Below, piece by piece: positions 36,960 to 48,894 of a DNA stretch of 64,000 nt. The notes under the pieces are model-generated. The model saw only the letters and a list, made by a program, of their open reading frames with translations, searched no databases and was not told the origin of the DNA. The position numbers and the translations under genes are program-made. The stretch is from Macrostomum lignano (lineage: Eukaryota), in the NCBI GenBank assembly GCA_002269645.1, contig NIVC01000128.1:124001-188000 (forward strand). The letters run 5' to 3'. Position 1 is the stretch's first letter. The number at the start of each line of letters is the position of its first letter.

Positions 36960-37200
36960 ATTCGACAAACAGTAAAGGAATAAAAACACGATGGATTTTT
37001 CTTTCTAACATGACTTCAACATGACTTAATATGACAGGTCTCGAGTGCTTAGGCCATAGACAAGTGAAGAAGAAGCGGGCGAGAAACGAAGCCAATAGCT
37101 TACTTCAAATGGAATTTGACCATAGAATGGATTCAGCGGGCGTGAAATGGTATTTCTCGCCCGCTGCGTTGGCAGGCTTAGATTGGCTACAATACTAATT

Positions 37201-37284
37201 TAGTTAGGCTGTTGAGGGCAGAAATAAGCGAATCAGCCTCGGCGCTGTCTGTTTCGCTTATTTCTGCCCTCAACAGCCTAACTA
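37201..37284. other. Perfect 32-bp inverted repeat with 20-nt loop
   Basis: TAGTTAGGCTGTTGAGGGCAGAAATAAGCGAA (37201-37232) and its exact reverse complement (37253-37284). Confidence 0.95.
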
Positions 37285-37394
37285 TATTAATATATTGAGA
37301 GCCAAGGCTTGAGAGCAGCAGAAGCTATAGTCTATGGTCTTAACCGTGGGTTTTCGCGCTGCGGTCAGGCGGCTGGAGTGGCGCATCTTTTCAC

Positions 37395-37525
37395 TTTGAC
37401 ACCTAAAGTGGCACTCCAGGCACCTAAAGTGGCACTCCAGGCACCTAAAGTGGCACTCCGGACACCTAAAGTAAATCCCACCCCAACCGATTAGGTGATC
37501 CCGGACACCCGAAATAGATCCCAGT
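37395..37525 (+). repeat. GACACC-family dispersed repeat with 3 x 21-bp units
   Basis: Starts TGACACCTAAAGTGGCACTCC, as does the copy at 40259. Confidence 0.75.
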
Positions 37526-38012
37526 GTGGCTTGGAATTGCGAGCTGTCAATTTGATTGTCTTTTTTATTGTCTATGGCCGAGACCAGTTCCGTGGCAGTG
37601 GCTGCTGCTGCAGCGCGGATTCTGTGCTGAATCGGCTTGACTCGAATTGACTTCCAAAAGCAATATTTAGTACGACAAATTCAATTTACTGTTTTGAATT
37701 TTCATCGCGTATGCAAACTCCTAATTGAGTTGTGCGCTTTTTCTTGCGGCTAATTCGCTCGGTCAGAATCATGGACAACAGCCAACTGTCCATGCTCAGA
37801 GGATACATCAATATCTTAGCTTTTGGGGTTCGACACGCGATCTGACTGTATAATTTTGTTGCGCTGACTCTGTGCTTCATCAATCTGGTTTGGAGTCTGG
37901 GGAAGTCTGAGCTCGCATGGAGTTCTGCGTGAAACATCTGGTACTGACAAGCACTATGGACGGACCCTTGTTTTACTTAGAGTTTTTCATTCAGATCAAC
38001 GCTGAGTTCTTC

Positions 38013-38625
38013 CAGCTTGGCGCCTCTCCCGTCTCACAGCTTGGCGCCTCTCCTGACTTCCAGTTTGGCGCCTCTCCTGACTTCCAGTTTGGCGCCTCTC
38101 CTGACTTCCAGTTTGGCGCCTCTCCTGACTTCCAGCTTGGCGCCTCTCCTGACTTCCAGCTTGGCGCCTCTCCTGACTTCCAGTTTGGCGCCTCTCCTGA
38201 CTTCCAGTTTGGCGCCTCTCCTGACTTCCAGTTTGGCGCCTCTCCTGACTTCCAGTTTGGCGCCTCTCCTGACTTCCAGCTTGGCGCCTCTCCTGACTTC
38301 CTGTTTGGCGCCTCTCCTGACTTCCAGTTTGGCGCCTCTCCTGACTTCCAGTTTGGCGCCTCTCCTGACTTCCAGTTTGGCGCCTCTCCTGACTTCCAGC
38401 TTGGCGCCTCTCCCGTCTCACAGCTTGGCGCCTCTCCTGACTTCCAGTTTGGTGCCTCTCTTGACTTCTTGTTTGGCGCCTCTCCTGACTTCCAGCTTGG
38501 CGCCTCTCCCGTCTCACAGCTTGGCGCCTCTCCTGACTTCCAGTTTGGCGCCTCTCCTGACTTCCAGTTTGGCGCCTCTCCTGTCTCACAGCTTGGCGCC
38601 TCTCCTGACTTCCAGTTTGGCGCCA
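38013..38625. repeat. 24-bp minisatellite (CAGTTTGGCGCCTCTCCTGACTTC), about 25 units
   Basis: Direct reading. Confidence 0.95.
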
Positions 38626-39327
38626 TATATTCAGGTCTGGGCCCCCTGTCTTGCACATGCAGGTTGACCTGCATACTCGTAAAGAGTCACCAAAAAATGA
38701 GCCATTTCACAACTGACGTCTTTGCTTGTAATGCAAGTCTGCATCAGTCAGTTCGCACTGCGTGTTGCTTATTTATTAAAGCTCCATGGTCTGAGTGATC
38801 CGTGCGCTGGGCTGTTGCAAGCCTCAAGACTTGCAAATCAACTTATAATCAAGCGGCTGGTCCCCTGCCAGCGGTATCCGCAATCAGATATCTGCGACCG
38901 CCAAGCAGCCACTCCGATATTTGATCTGCCAGCGGGCTCGCTGCTTGGCCACTTGCTACTATCAATTCCATCAGCATCGCATCAAGAGCCCAAGCGACCG
39001 TGTTGAGGGGGGGGGGAGACGAGTTTTTGGGATTTCGAGTCGGGGGATTACGCAATTCTAAACACCCCCCTTCATCTTTGCGACGACGCGAAAGACGTAT
39101 TGGGATCGAGCTGCGTTTAACTGAATAAGCGGAATTGAGTTCCGGCTCTGCGCGCGGGCTGGGGGCGCCACGGTTTCAGGGGCAGCGGGCCGTCGCTATC
39201 GACTCAGTTGGTGGGCATTTCTGCTGCTGCTGCTGCCCGTATCTGAACTCTGGCGCCGCACTGCCTTAGCGAAAGGATTTGGGAGTCAGTGAAATACCCA
39301 CTGGCTTTTCTTCTGACAGATTCAGAT

Positions 39328-39745
39328 CTCAGTTTGGCGCCCCTCCTATCTCACAGTTTGGCGCCCCTCCTGTCTCACAGTGTGGCGCCCCTCCTGTCTC
39401 ACAGTTTGGCGCCCCTCCTGTCTCACAGTGTGGCGCCCCTCCTGTCTCACAGTGTGGCGCCCCTCCTGTCTCACAGTGTGGCGCCCCTCCTGTCTCACAG
39501 TGTGGCGCCCCTCCTGTCTCACAGTTTGGCGCCTGTCTTGTCTCACAGTTTGGCGCCTGTCCTGTCTCACAGTTTGGCGACCTCCTGTCTCACAGTTTGG
39601 CGCCTGTCCTGTCTCACAGTTTGCATCTCGAATATCGTCAAGTTTGGTGCCCATATCATCAAGTTTGGCGCCCATATCATCAAGTTTGGCGCCCATATCA
39701 TCAAGTTTGGCGCCCAAATCATCAAGTTTGGCGCCTCTCCCGTCA
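39328..39745. repeat. 24-bp and 21-bp minisatellites with a T(T/G)TGGCGCC core
   Basis: Direct reading; related to the 38013 array. Confidence 0.93.
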
Positions 39746-40258
39746 GTCAGTCGAACAGAGAACCAAATTGCTGTTAACTGGTTCAGTTTTACTCAAGGAT
39801 AAAGTTTCAACCTTTGAACCTAAAAAATGATTTCAGTGGACCCAGCCTCGCGGAAATTCCAGCCGCCCGCTACAAAAAATCCGGCAAAATTGGCTTGTTA
39901 AACAGTGCAGAATTATCGAATTTGAGGCCAAATAATAGGAAATTGTGGGCCAAGTGCTGGCGCAGGGCCACTTGCAGCAAAGATAAAAGATGTTAGCAGT
40001 AGGGATTATGCTGTTACTTAATTTCTCCTGGCAGTCGCGAGCAGCTAAGGAGTAGCTTCAAGCCAAGCTTTGGCCTCGGTTTTTTTGTCCGGGCCGCAAA
40101 ACTGGGTCGATGCGCCGTCCTGAGAAAGAAATTGCCCCGCTTCCCCGAAATTCGAATTGGCTACCCTACAGCTGGCTCGAAATCGCAGTGCAGTGCAGCG
40201 TTCATGCGGCTTCAATCTGACGGTTATCTGATAGTTATTGCCCCCGTCTGCCTCACCC

Positions 40259-40885
40259 TGACACCTAAAGTGGCACTCCGGACACCCAAAGCAGATCCCG
40301 GACACCCAAAGCAGATCCTGGACACCCAAAGCAGATCCCGGACACCCAAAGCAGATCCCGGACACCCAAAGCAGATCCCGGACACCCAAAGCAGATCCTG
40401 GACACCCAAAGCAGATCCTGGACACCTAAAGCAGATCCCGGACACCCAAAGCAGATCCCGGACACCCAAAGTAGATCCCGGACACCCAAAGTAGATCCCG
40501 GACACTCAAAATGGATCCCGGACAACCAAAACATTTCTTGGACACTCGAAGCATATCCTGGACACCCAAAGCAGATCCCGGACACCCAAAGTAGATCCCG
40601 GACACCCAAAGTAGATCCCGGACACACAAAGTAGATCCCGGACACACAAAGTAGATCCTGGAAAACGAAAATAGATCCTGGCGTCCAAAGTATATCCTGG
40701 ACACCCAAAGTAGATCCCAGGCACTTAAAGTAGATCCCGGACACCCAAATTAGATCCCAGGCACTTAAAGTAGATCCCGGACACCCAAAGTAGATCCCAC
40801 CCAACCAACCGGACCACCCAAAGTAGATCCCGGACACACAAAGTAGATCCCAGACACCCAAAAAAGATCCCGGACATCCAAGGTA
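40259..40885 (+). repeat. GACACC-family 20-bp minisatellite (GGACACCCAAAGCAGATCCC)
   Basis: Direct reading. Confidence 0.93.
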
Positions 40886-41665
40886 GATTCACCTCAATCC
40901 ATCCCAGTGCATTACTTTCACAATGGCTCTCTAACCATTTCTGACAATTGAAACTCCAACCACGTCCTCTCATTGGCTAGCCGAACAGCCAATAGGAGGC
41001 CAGCAGGGATTAGGCTGCTAAAGTTAGTCAAAGCGGATCCCAGAAAAGCGCAAGAGAGAAGGTTCGGCTGGTCAGTCAAGAAACTGCCACCAGGCAAGCA
41101 GAGCGGGTAAAAAAATAAATTCACTTAAACACAAGCCGGCAGAAGCAGAAATTGCAGAAGAAGAGGAAGAACTGTGTCTACATATTCAGCAGGGCCTCAT
41201 CTCCCTCCTTTCTGCTGCGAATTGTTTGCCATGATGATTGGGCGGCTCGGAGCGGGCCCCTGCCTCGGCTGGACTCGCTGTTGACTCAGGGGGTGCCGCC
41301 TTGAACAACCGCAACCTGCTGCTGCACCTCGAGCTGCTGGAGAATCCGCCCCGCAGGCCGGGAGTAATTGAAGGCCATCCATCAGCTCGCACCGCGATTC
41401 GTTCAGAGGCGGATCAAAGCCTGTCGGAGCCCCCCCCCCAGCTCAGGCTATTTCTTGACTTTTGACAGAAAGGAAAACAAGACGCAGGACAGGCTGCTAC
41501 AGTCTCCACCGACTGCGCCTTTTCGGGAGGGATTTTAATCCCCTCAACGCTGAGAAAATCCCCTCGTCGGCTCAGCTTCCTACATCAGAATTATCCCCCC
41601 CCTCCCCCCAAACTTACTCGCGCGCCACTCCCGCGTCCGTTTCATCGCTGTGTGATTTCTGACCG

Positions 41666-41762
41666 ATGGCTCGGATGAGTTGCCACCGGCAGGCTGCGGC
41701 GACAGCTCTGCTCAGCTTCCTGTTGAGCATTCCCGGCTGCAGCCCAGTCAGCCCCGACACCG
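41666..41762 (+). CDS. Candidate first exon of an unidentified secreted/membrane protein (MARMSCHRQAAATALLSFLLSIPGCSPVSPDT)
   Basis: ATG, hydrophobic signal-like core, GTGAGA donor in phase 1, followed immediately by an intron-style minisatellite. No family recognised. Confidence 0.45.
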
Positions 41763-41785
41763 GTGAGACCGCCGCTGAGCTGGGG

Positions 41786-42916
41786 TGGATTGCTGATCTA
41801 GCCTATCTGGGTGGTTAAGGAATAGAATGGATTGCTAATCTAGCCTATCTGGGTGGTTAAGGAGTAGAATGGATTGCTAATCTAGCCTATCTGGGTGGTT
41901 AAGGAATAGAATGGATTGCTAATCTAGCCTATCTGGGTGGTTAAGGAGTAGAATGGATTGCTAATCTAGCCTATCTGGGTGGTTAAGGAATAGAATGGAT
42001 TGCTAATCTAGCCTATCTGGGTGGTTAAGGAGTAGAATGGATTGCTAATCTAGCCTATCTGGGTGGTTAAGGAGTAGAATGGATTGCTAATCTAGCCTAT
42101 CTGGGTGGTTAAGGAATAGAATGGATTGCTAATCTAGCCTATCTGGGTGGTTAAGGAGTAGAATGGATTGCTGATCTAGCCTATCTGGGTGGTTAAGGAG
42201 TAGAATGGATTGCTGATCTAGCCTATCTGGGTGGTTAAGGAGTAGAATGGATTGCTAATCTAGCCTATCTGGGTGGTTAAGGAATAGAATGGATTGCTAA
42301 TCTAGCCTATCTGGGTGGTTAAGGAATAGAATGGATTGCTAATCTAGCCTATCTGGGTGGTTAAGGAATAGAATGGATTGCTAATCTAGCCTATCTGGGT
42401 GGTTAAGGAGTAGAATGGATTGCTAATCTAGCCTATCTGGGTGGTTAAGGAATAGAATGGATTGCTAATCTAGCCTATCTGGGTGGTTAAGGAATAGAAT
42501 GGATTGCTAATCTAGCCTATCTGGGTGGTTAAGGAGTAGAATGGATTGCTAATCTAGCCTATCTGGGTGGTTAAGGAATAGAATGGATTGCTAATCTAGC
42601 CTATCTGGGTGGTTAAGGAATAGAATGGATTGCTAATCTAGCCTATCTGGGTGGTTAAGGAGTAGAATGGACTGCTAATCTAGCCTATCTGGGTGGTTAA
42701 GGAATAGAATGGATTGCTAATCTAGCCTATCTGGGTGGTTAAGGAGTAGAATGGATTGCTAATCTAGCCTATCTGGGTGGTTAAGGAATAGAATGGATTG
42801 CTAATCTAGCCTATCTGGGTGGTTAAGGAGTAGAATGGATTGCTAATCTAGCCTATCTGGGTGGTTAAGGAATAGAATGGATTGCTAATCTAGCCTATCT
42901 GGGTGGTTAAGGAATA
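41786..42916. repeat. 42-bp minisatellite, about 27 near-identical copies
   Basis: TAGAATGGATTGCTAATCTAGCCTATCTGGGTGGTTAAGGA(A/G). Confidence 0.97.
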
Positions 42917-43289
42917 AAATTACTGAGAGTTCCCTGTTCGACCAGAAAGCTGCTCTGATTATTAACTTTCGAGTTGGCTCAATGGCGTCTGGTTTTCGTT
43001 TTGTCCCGTAACTGCAATTGTTGAGTCGAGAATAAAGAAAAAATTTTTACAGCCAAAAAGTCGACATATTTTATAGTACACTGCCAAATTCTGACTCTAT
43101 GGAGATGAAGTGAAGCATTTAATTCCGTTGTGCCCGCGGAAATTAGAATCCATGTGGAGTCAGTCAGCTTTTTTCAGCACCGTCATGTCTGACTGTGCAT
43201 CTCGGGTCAGAAGACACTTTTTGGTAGTACTGATGCACTTTTACTGGGTCTCGAGTGGGGTGCAACATTCAATAGTTAGACTGCGTACG

Positions 43290-44985
43290 AGATTCTGTAC
43301 ACCCTGGATTATCCATCAGATTCTGTACACCCTGGATTATCAATCAGATTCTGTACAACCCGGATTGTCCATCAGATTCTGTACACCCCAGATTATCAAT
43401 CAGATTCTGTACACCCTGGATTATCAATCAGATTCTGTACACCCCGGATTATCCATCAGATTCTGTACACCCCAGATTATCAATCAGATTCTGTACACCC
43501 CGGATTGTCCATCAGATTCTGTACACCCTGGATTATCAATCAGATTCTGTACACCCCGGATTGTCCATCAGATTCTGTACACCCCAGATTATCAATCAGA
43601 TTCTTTACACCCTGGATTATCAATCAGATTCTGTACACCCTGGATTATCAATCAGATTCTGTACACCCCGGATTGTCCATCAGATTCTGTACACCCCAGA
43701 TTATCAATCAGATTCTGTACACCCCGGATTGTCCATCAGATTCTGTACACCCCAGATTATCAATCAGATTCTGTACACCCCGGATTGTCCATCAGATTCT
43801 GTACACCCCGGATTGTCCATCAGATTCTGTACACCCCAGATTATCAATCAGATTCTGTACACCCCGGATTGTCCATCAGATTCTGTACACCCCGGGTTGT
43901 CCATCAGATTCTGTACACCCCGGATTGTCCATCAGATTCTGTACACCCCGGATTGTCCATCAGATTCTGTACACCCCGGATTGTCCATCAGATTCTGTAC
44001 ACCCCGGATTGTCCATCAGATTCTGTACACCCCGGATTATCCATCAGATTCTGTACACCCGGATTGTCCATCAGATTCTGTACACCCCGGATTATCCATC
44101 AGATTCTGTACACCCTGGATTATCCAATAGATTCTGTACACCATGAATTATCCATCAGATTCTGTACACCCCGGATTATCCATCAGATTCTGAACACCCC
44201 GGATTGTCCATCAGATTCTGTACACCATGAATTATCCATCAGATTCTGTACACCATAGATTATCAATCAGATTCTGTACACCCGGATTGTCCATCAGATT
44301 CTGTACACCCCGGATAATCCATCAGATTCTGTACACCATAGATTATCAATCAGATTCTGTACACCATAGATTATCCATCAGATTCTGTACACCCCGGATT
44401 ATCCATCAGATTCTGTACACCCCGGATTATCCATCAGATTCTGTACACCCCGGATTATCCATCAGATTCTGTACACCCCGGATTATCCATCAGATTCTGA
44501 ACACCCCGGATTGTCCATCAGATTCTGTACACCATGAATTATCCATCAGATTCTGTACACCATAGATTATCAATCAGATTCTGTACACCCGGATTGTCCA
44601 TCAGATTCTGTACACCCCGGATAATCCATCAGATTCTGTACACCATAGATTATCAATCAGATTCTGTACACCATAGATTATCCATCAGATTCTGTACACC
44701 CCGGATTATCCATCAGATTCTGTACACCCCGGATTATCCATCAGATTCTGTACACCCCGGATTATCCATCAGATTCTGTACACCCCGGATTATCCATCAG
44801 ATTCTGTACACCCTGGATCGTCCATCAGATTCTGTACACCCTGGATTATCCATCAGATTCTGTACACCCTGGATCGTCCATCAGATTCTGTACACCCTGG
44901 ATTATCCATCAGATTCTGTACACCCTGGATTATCCATCAGATTCTGTACACGCTGGATTATCCATCAGATTCTGTACACCCTGGA
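43290..44985. repeat. 28-bp minisatellite (ATCCATCAGATTCTGTACACCCCGGATT)
   Basis: Direct reading. Confidence 0.97.
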
Positions 44986-45857
44986 TCATCAATTCAATAA
45001 TGCTTATTACGGATTTATTGAATATTTGTGTCAATAATTACATTTGAATCTGCGCGCTAATGGCCAGTAACTCCCAAAAGCCTGCTTCGCACCCATTTTA
45101 TGTTGAATATTCAATGTTGCACCTAATAAACAGGACATTTTAGTGCACCGTTGGAGGTCTCAAAAGTGATTCTGAAGTATATGATTAGGATTTTTTTTTA
45201 TTACTGCTGCTTCCTTCTTGCATGGTCTCTGGCTATCTCTGAACTTCCCAAGTCTCCGAGTGTCCCAGCAGCTCCACGCACCCTGTCGATCCTCTCCAGG
45301 AAGCAGAAAAAAATGATTTCGGTCGTAAAATTGTTGTAGATAAAAACAGATGTCTGACTCTTGGCTTTGCCAGTCTGCTTCCAGATAGACACGGGGGACG
45401 TGTCTGATCAGTGAATCAGCCCCGGCCCTGCCTCTGCTGCTTCTGTAACTCGATTATATGCCAGCCTGGCTTCCAGAATATCTATATCTGTCTTCCAAAA
45501 GCAACAATGTACCCTCCGTTAGGAAAAGTTTAATGCAATATTATTGCTAGTGCAGCTGCCTAGCGATTGCTTTCTGATGAGGATGAACCCAAGTTAATTC
45601 CCAATTTCAATTTTTTTAGCACTGACTTTTTAGCATTGACTTCAGATGTACATGTCTGTAGAAAGCAGGCCTATTCACCGCTGTATCGATTTAAATTAAA
45701 AAACACCGACTTTAAACAAGCAAAAATGCGTTTTCTACACAGCAATCCACCTAGAACCAAACTCTCGCTCCGTGACTTCAACAAAGATCATGGCGTGCTA
45801 AAACCTAAAAGGCCAGAGGCAAAGTTTGCTGTTTAAAGTCTGTCAGCGTTTGGTTAC

Positions 45858-46535
45858 GATCATGTTAGGGTTGGGTTAGGATTTAATTAGGATCATGTTA
45901 GGGTTGGGTTAGGATTTAATTAGGATCATGTTAGGGTTGGGTTAGGGTTTAATTAGGATCATGTTAGGGTTGGGTTAGGATTTAATTAGGATCATGTTAG
46001 GGTTGGGTTAGGATTTAATTAGGATCATGTTAGGGTTGGGTTAGGATTTAATTAGGATCATGTTAGGGTTGGGTTAGGATTTAATTAGGATCATGTTAGG
46101 GTTGGGTTAGGGTTTAATTAGGATCATGTTAGGGTTGGATTAGGGTTTAATTAGGATCATGTTAGGGTTGGGTTAGGATTTAATTAGGATCATATTAGGG
46201 TTGGGTTAGGGTTTAATTAGGATCATGTTAGGGTTGGGTTAGGATTTAATTAGGATCATATTAGGGTTGGGTTAGGATTTAATTAGGATCATGTTAGGGT
46301 TGGGTTAGGATTTAATTAGGATCATGTTAGGGTTGGGTTAGGATTTAATTAGGATCATGTTAGGGTTGGGTTAGGATTTAATTAGGATCATGTTAGGGTT
46401 GGGTTAGGATTTAATTAGGATCATGTTAGGGTTGGGTTAGGATTTAATTAGGATCATGTTGGGGTTGGGTTAGGATTTGGTTAGGGTCATGTTAGGGTTA
46501 GGTTAGGATTTGGTTAGGATCATGTTAGGGTTAGG
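45858..46535. repeat. 33-bp TTAGGG-containing minisatellite
   Basis: GTTAGGGTTGGGTTAGGATTTAATTAGGATCAT, about 19-20 copies. Confidence 0.95.
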
Positions 46536-47107
46536 TGCCTCAAAAAGACTCAAAAGAAAAGGAAACACCGACTTGGGACTTGCAGAGACTCGCGGTTGTC
46601 CCGATGTTTCGAGCTAACAGCGCGATTAACCGCTTATAATATATAAATATAGTTGCTGTGCTCAGGCCACCGAACTCATCCCCTCTTTGGACTCTTTGGA
46701 CGAAAGCCGAGGATCTATTTCGCATTCTCCATCTCTCTTCGGACCTTCCGCACGGAATTGCACTTTATCTCGCCTCTCCCGACTCCACCCCCTCCCAAAT
46801 CGTAACTTCTGATCCTGGGATATGATTTCAAAACTGCTTGCTGCGGCACCGGCTTTCGCGACTGTCTAATTGCTGAGATCCTCAATTGAGGGTTTGGGAT
46901 TTCTTCCCACAGCCAGCCGGGGCCTTTCTGCTTTCCTTCTCTACCGCACTCTCTCCGCACTCCTCAGCCCAAGTGTCTTCGGCTCTCTGGCGAACCGCAG
47001 TTGAGCCTCCCGCAGTTTAGCGGTGACCCAGAAAGCGTTTCCCGGAAAAAATCTGGCGCCAGCGACAACCCAAAAATACGAGTCTTGCAGGCACAATAAA
47101 AGCTTCT

Positions 47108-47612
47108 AGGGGCGCAGATTTGGGTGTCAGGGGCGCAGATTTGGGTGTCAGGGGCGCAGATTTGGGTGTCAGGGGCGCAGATTTGGGTGTCAGGGGCGCA
47201 GATTTGGGTGTCAGGGGAAGCCTATTTGGGTGTCAGGGGAAGCCTATTTGGGTGTCAGGGGAAGCCGATTTGGGTGTCAGGGGAAGCCGATTTGGGTGTC
47301 AGAGCAAGCCGATTTGGGTGTCAGAGCAAGCCGATTTGGGTGTCAGGGGAAGCCGATTTGGGTGTCAGGGGAAGCCGATTTGGGTGTCAGAGCAAGCCGA
47401 TTTGGGTGTCAGAGCAAGCCGATTTGGGTGTCAGAGCAAGCCGATTTGGGTGTCAGAGGAAGCCGATTTGGGTGTCAGAGCAAGCCGATTTGGGTGTCAG
47501 AGCAAGCCGATTTGGGTGTCAGAGCAAGCCGATTTGGGTGTCAGAGCAAGCCGATTTGGGTGTCAGGGGAAGCCGATTTGGGTGTCAGGGGAAGCCGATT
47601 TGGGTGTCAGGG
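47108..47612 (-). repeat. 21-bp minisatellite (GATTTGGGTGTCAG core), GACACC family on the minus strand
   Basis: Direct reading. Confidence 0.93.
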
Positions 47613-47954
47613 AGGGCAGTTGAGTCGTCAGAGGCAGATGTGTGTCATAGAGAGGTAAGAGTGCAAGTGCTGGAGTAGTGAGGCAGTGAAAAGCGGTAAA
47701 AAATTATTAAGATCAGCATCTCACACTACACTAAATGTGCAACAGTTGAGGCGCATCCCGTTGTGAGTTGAGACGGCCATACTCATCCGCAAAGTTGCTT
47801 TTAGACCATTTACTCTAAGCTTTGAGATGCTCGTTCCCGAGAGCAAAAATTGCTTCTCTGCACTTCTCTCTCTCTGCTTTCAGTTTCAGCATTTGCTTAA
47901 AATTTCTTGGGTTGTTTCTTCTCTCTGTCTGTCCGTCCGTCTGTCTCCTGCTAG

Positions 47955-48081
47955 CCCATGCCCGGCCACTCTTCACAATTGCAAGTGGGTCATAGAGACA
48001 GGGGGATGGGGAGCGGGACTCCCGAGGCCTGTAGATGGGCTCCCGGGTTCGAAAGCCTGCCATGACTGCTGGTATGCCAGG
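47955..48081 (+). CDS. Candidate internal exon (PCPATLHNCKWVIETGGWG...KACHDCWYAR)
   Basis: Long pyrimidine tract plus TAG, CAGG|GTAAGT donor, one open frame, Cys/Trp-rich. Confidence 0.35.
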
Positions 48082-48894
48082 GTAAGTCGCATTGATTTCT
48101 CCTTCCAACCGCATCTTCGACTGTCCCCCCTTCGCCCAGCCTCCTCTAACCTTGGCTGGCCCACACCCCCGCTGCAAGATGGAGCTTTAAGAGCGAACTC
48201 AGCAAGACTTGAGCTGCGAAATGGACTCGAGCTCGATTTGTGCTTTCTGAAAGAGCTGAGAGATGTCTGTTGTGCATGGCTGAGAGATGTCTGTTGTAGC
48301 TGAGAGATGTCTGTTTGAGCTGAGAGATGCCTGTTGTAGCTGAGAGATGCCTGTTGTAGCTGAGAGATGCCTGTTGTAGCTGAGAGATGTCTGTTTGAGC
48401 TGAGAGATGTCTGTTGTGCATGGCTGAGAGATGTCTGTTGTAGCTGAGAGATGTCTGTTTGAGCTGAGAGATTTTGTAGCTGAGAGATGTCTGTTGTAGC
48501 TGAGAGATGTCTGTTTAAGCTGAGAGATGTTGTAGCTGAGAGATGTTGTAGCTGAGAGATGTTGTAGCTGAGAGCTGTCTATTGTAGCTGAGAGATGTCT
48601 GTTGTAGCTGAGAGATATCTGTTGTATCTGAGAGATGTCTGCTGTATCTGAGAGATGTCTGCTGTAGCTGAGAGATATCTGCTGTAGCTTGTTGTGGGTT
48701 TGCATGTATTAGGAGTATTTGCGCTTGGCGAGACTGTGGGCGCAGCCACACCCCTTTACAAGTATATTTGAGTTTGTCCATAAACAATAATGTATGCATG
48801 AATAAGAAACTAAAGCGGCTGGCTGCCACATCCCCTTTTTTCAAAAGAACATTGTTCGTGAATTGCATAGTTTGTCCATAAACAAAAAAACTCA

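Larger units (their letters stand above)
35250..37340 (-). mobile_element. Crypton-like tyrosine-recombinase DNA transposon (boundaries approximate)
   Basis: Encodes a DUF3504-type YR; the ends share inverted blocks, repeated GTCTATGG/CCATAGAC motifs and hairpins. Confidence 0.75.

Noticed and set aside
38849-39055. Protein-looking minus-strand ORF (AWALDAMLMELIVASG...)
   Set aside because: No splice signals or recognisable homology.
41786-42916. CRISPR-like regular repeat (also 62925-63960)
   Set aside because: Head-to-tail units without unique spacers, no cas genes, eukaryotic context.
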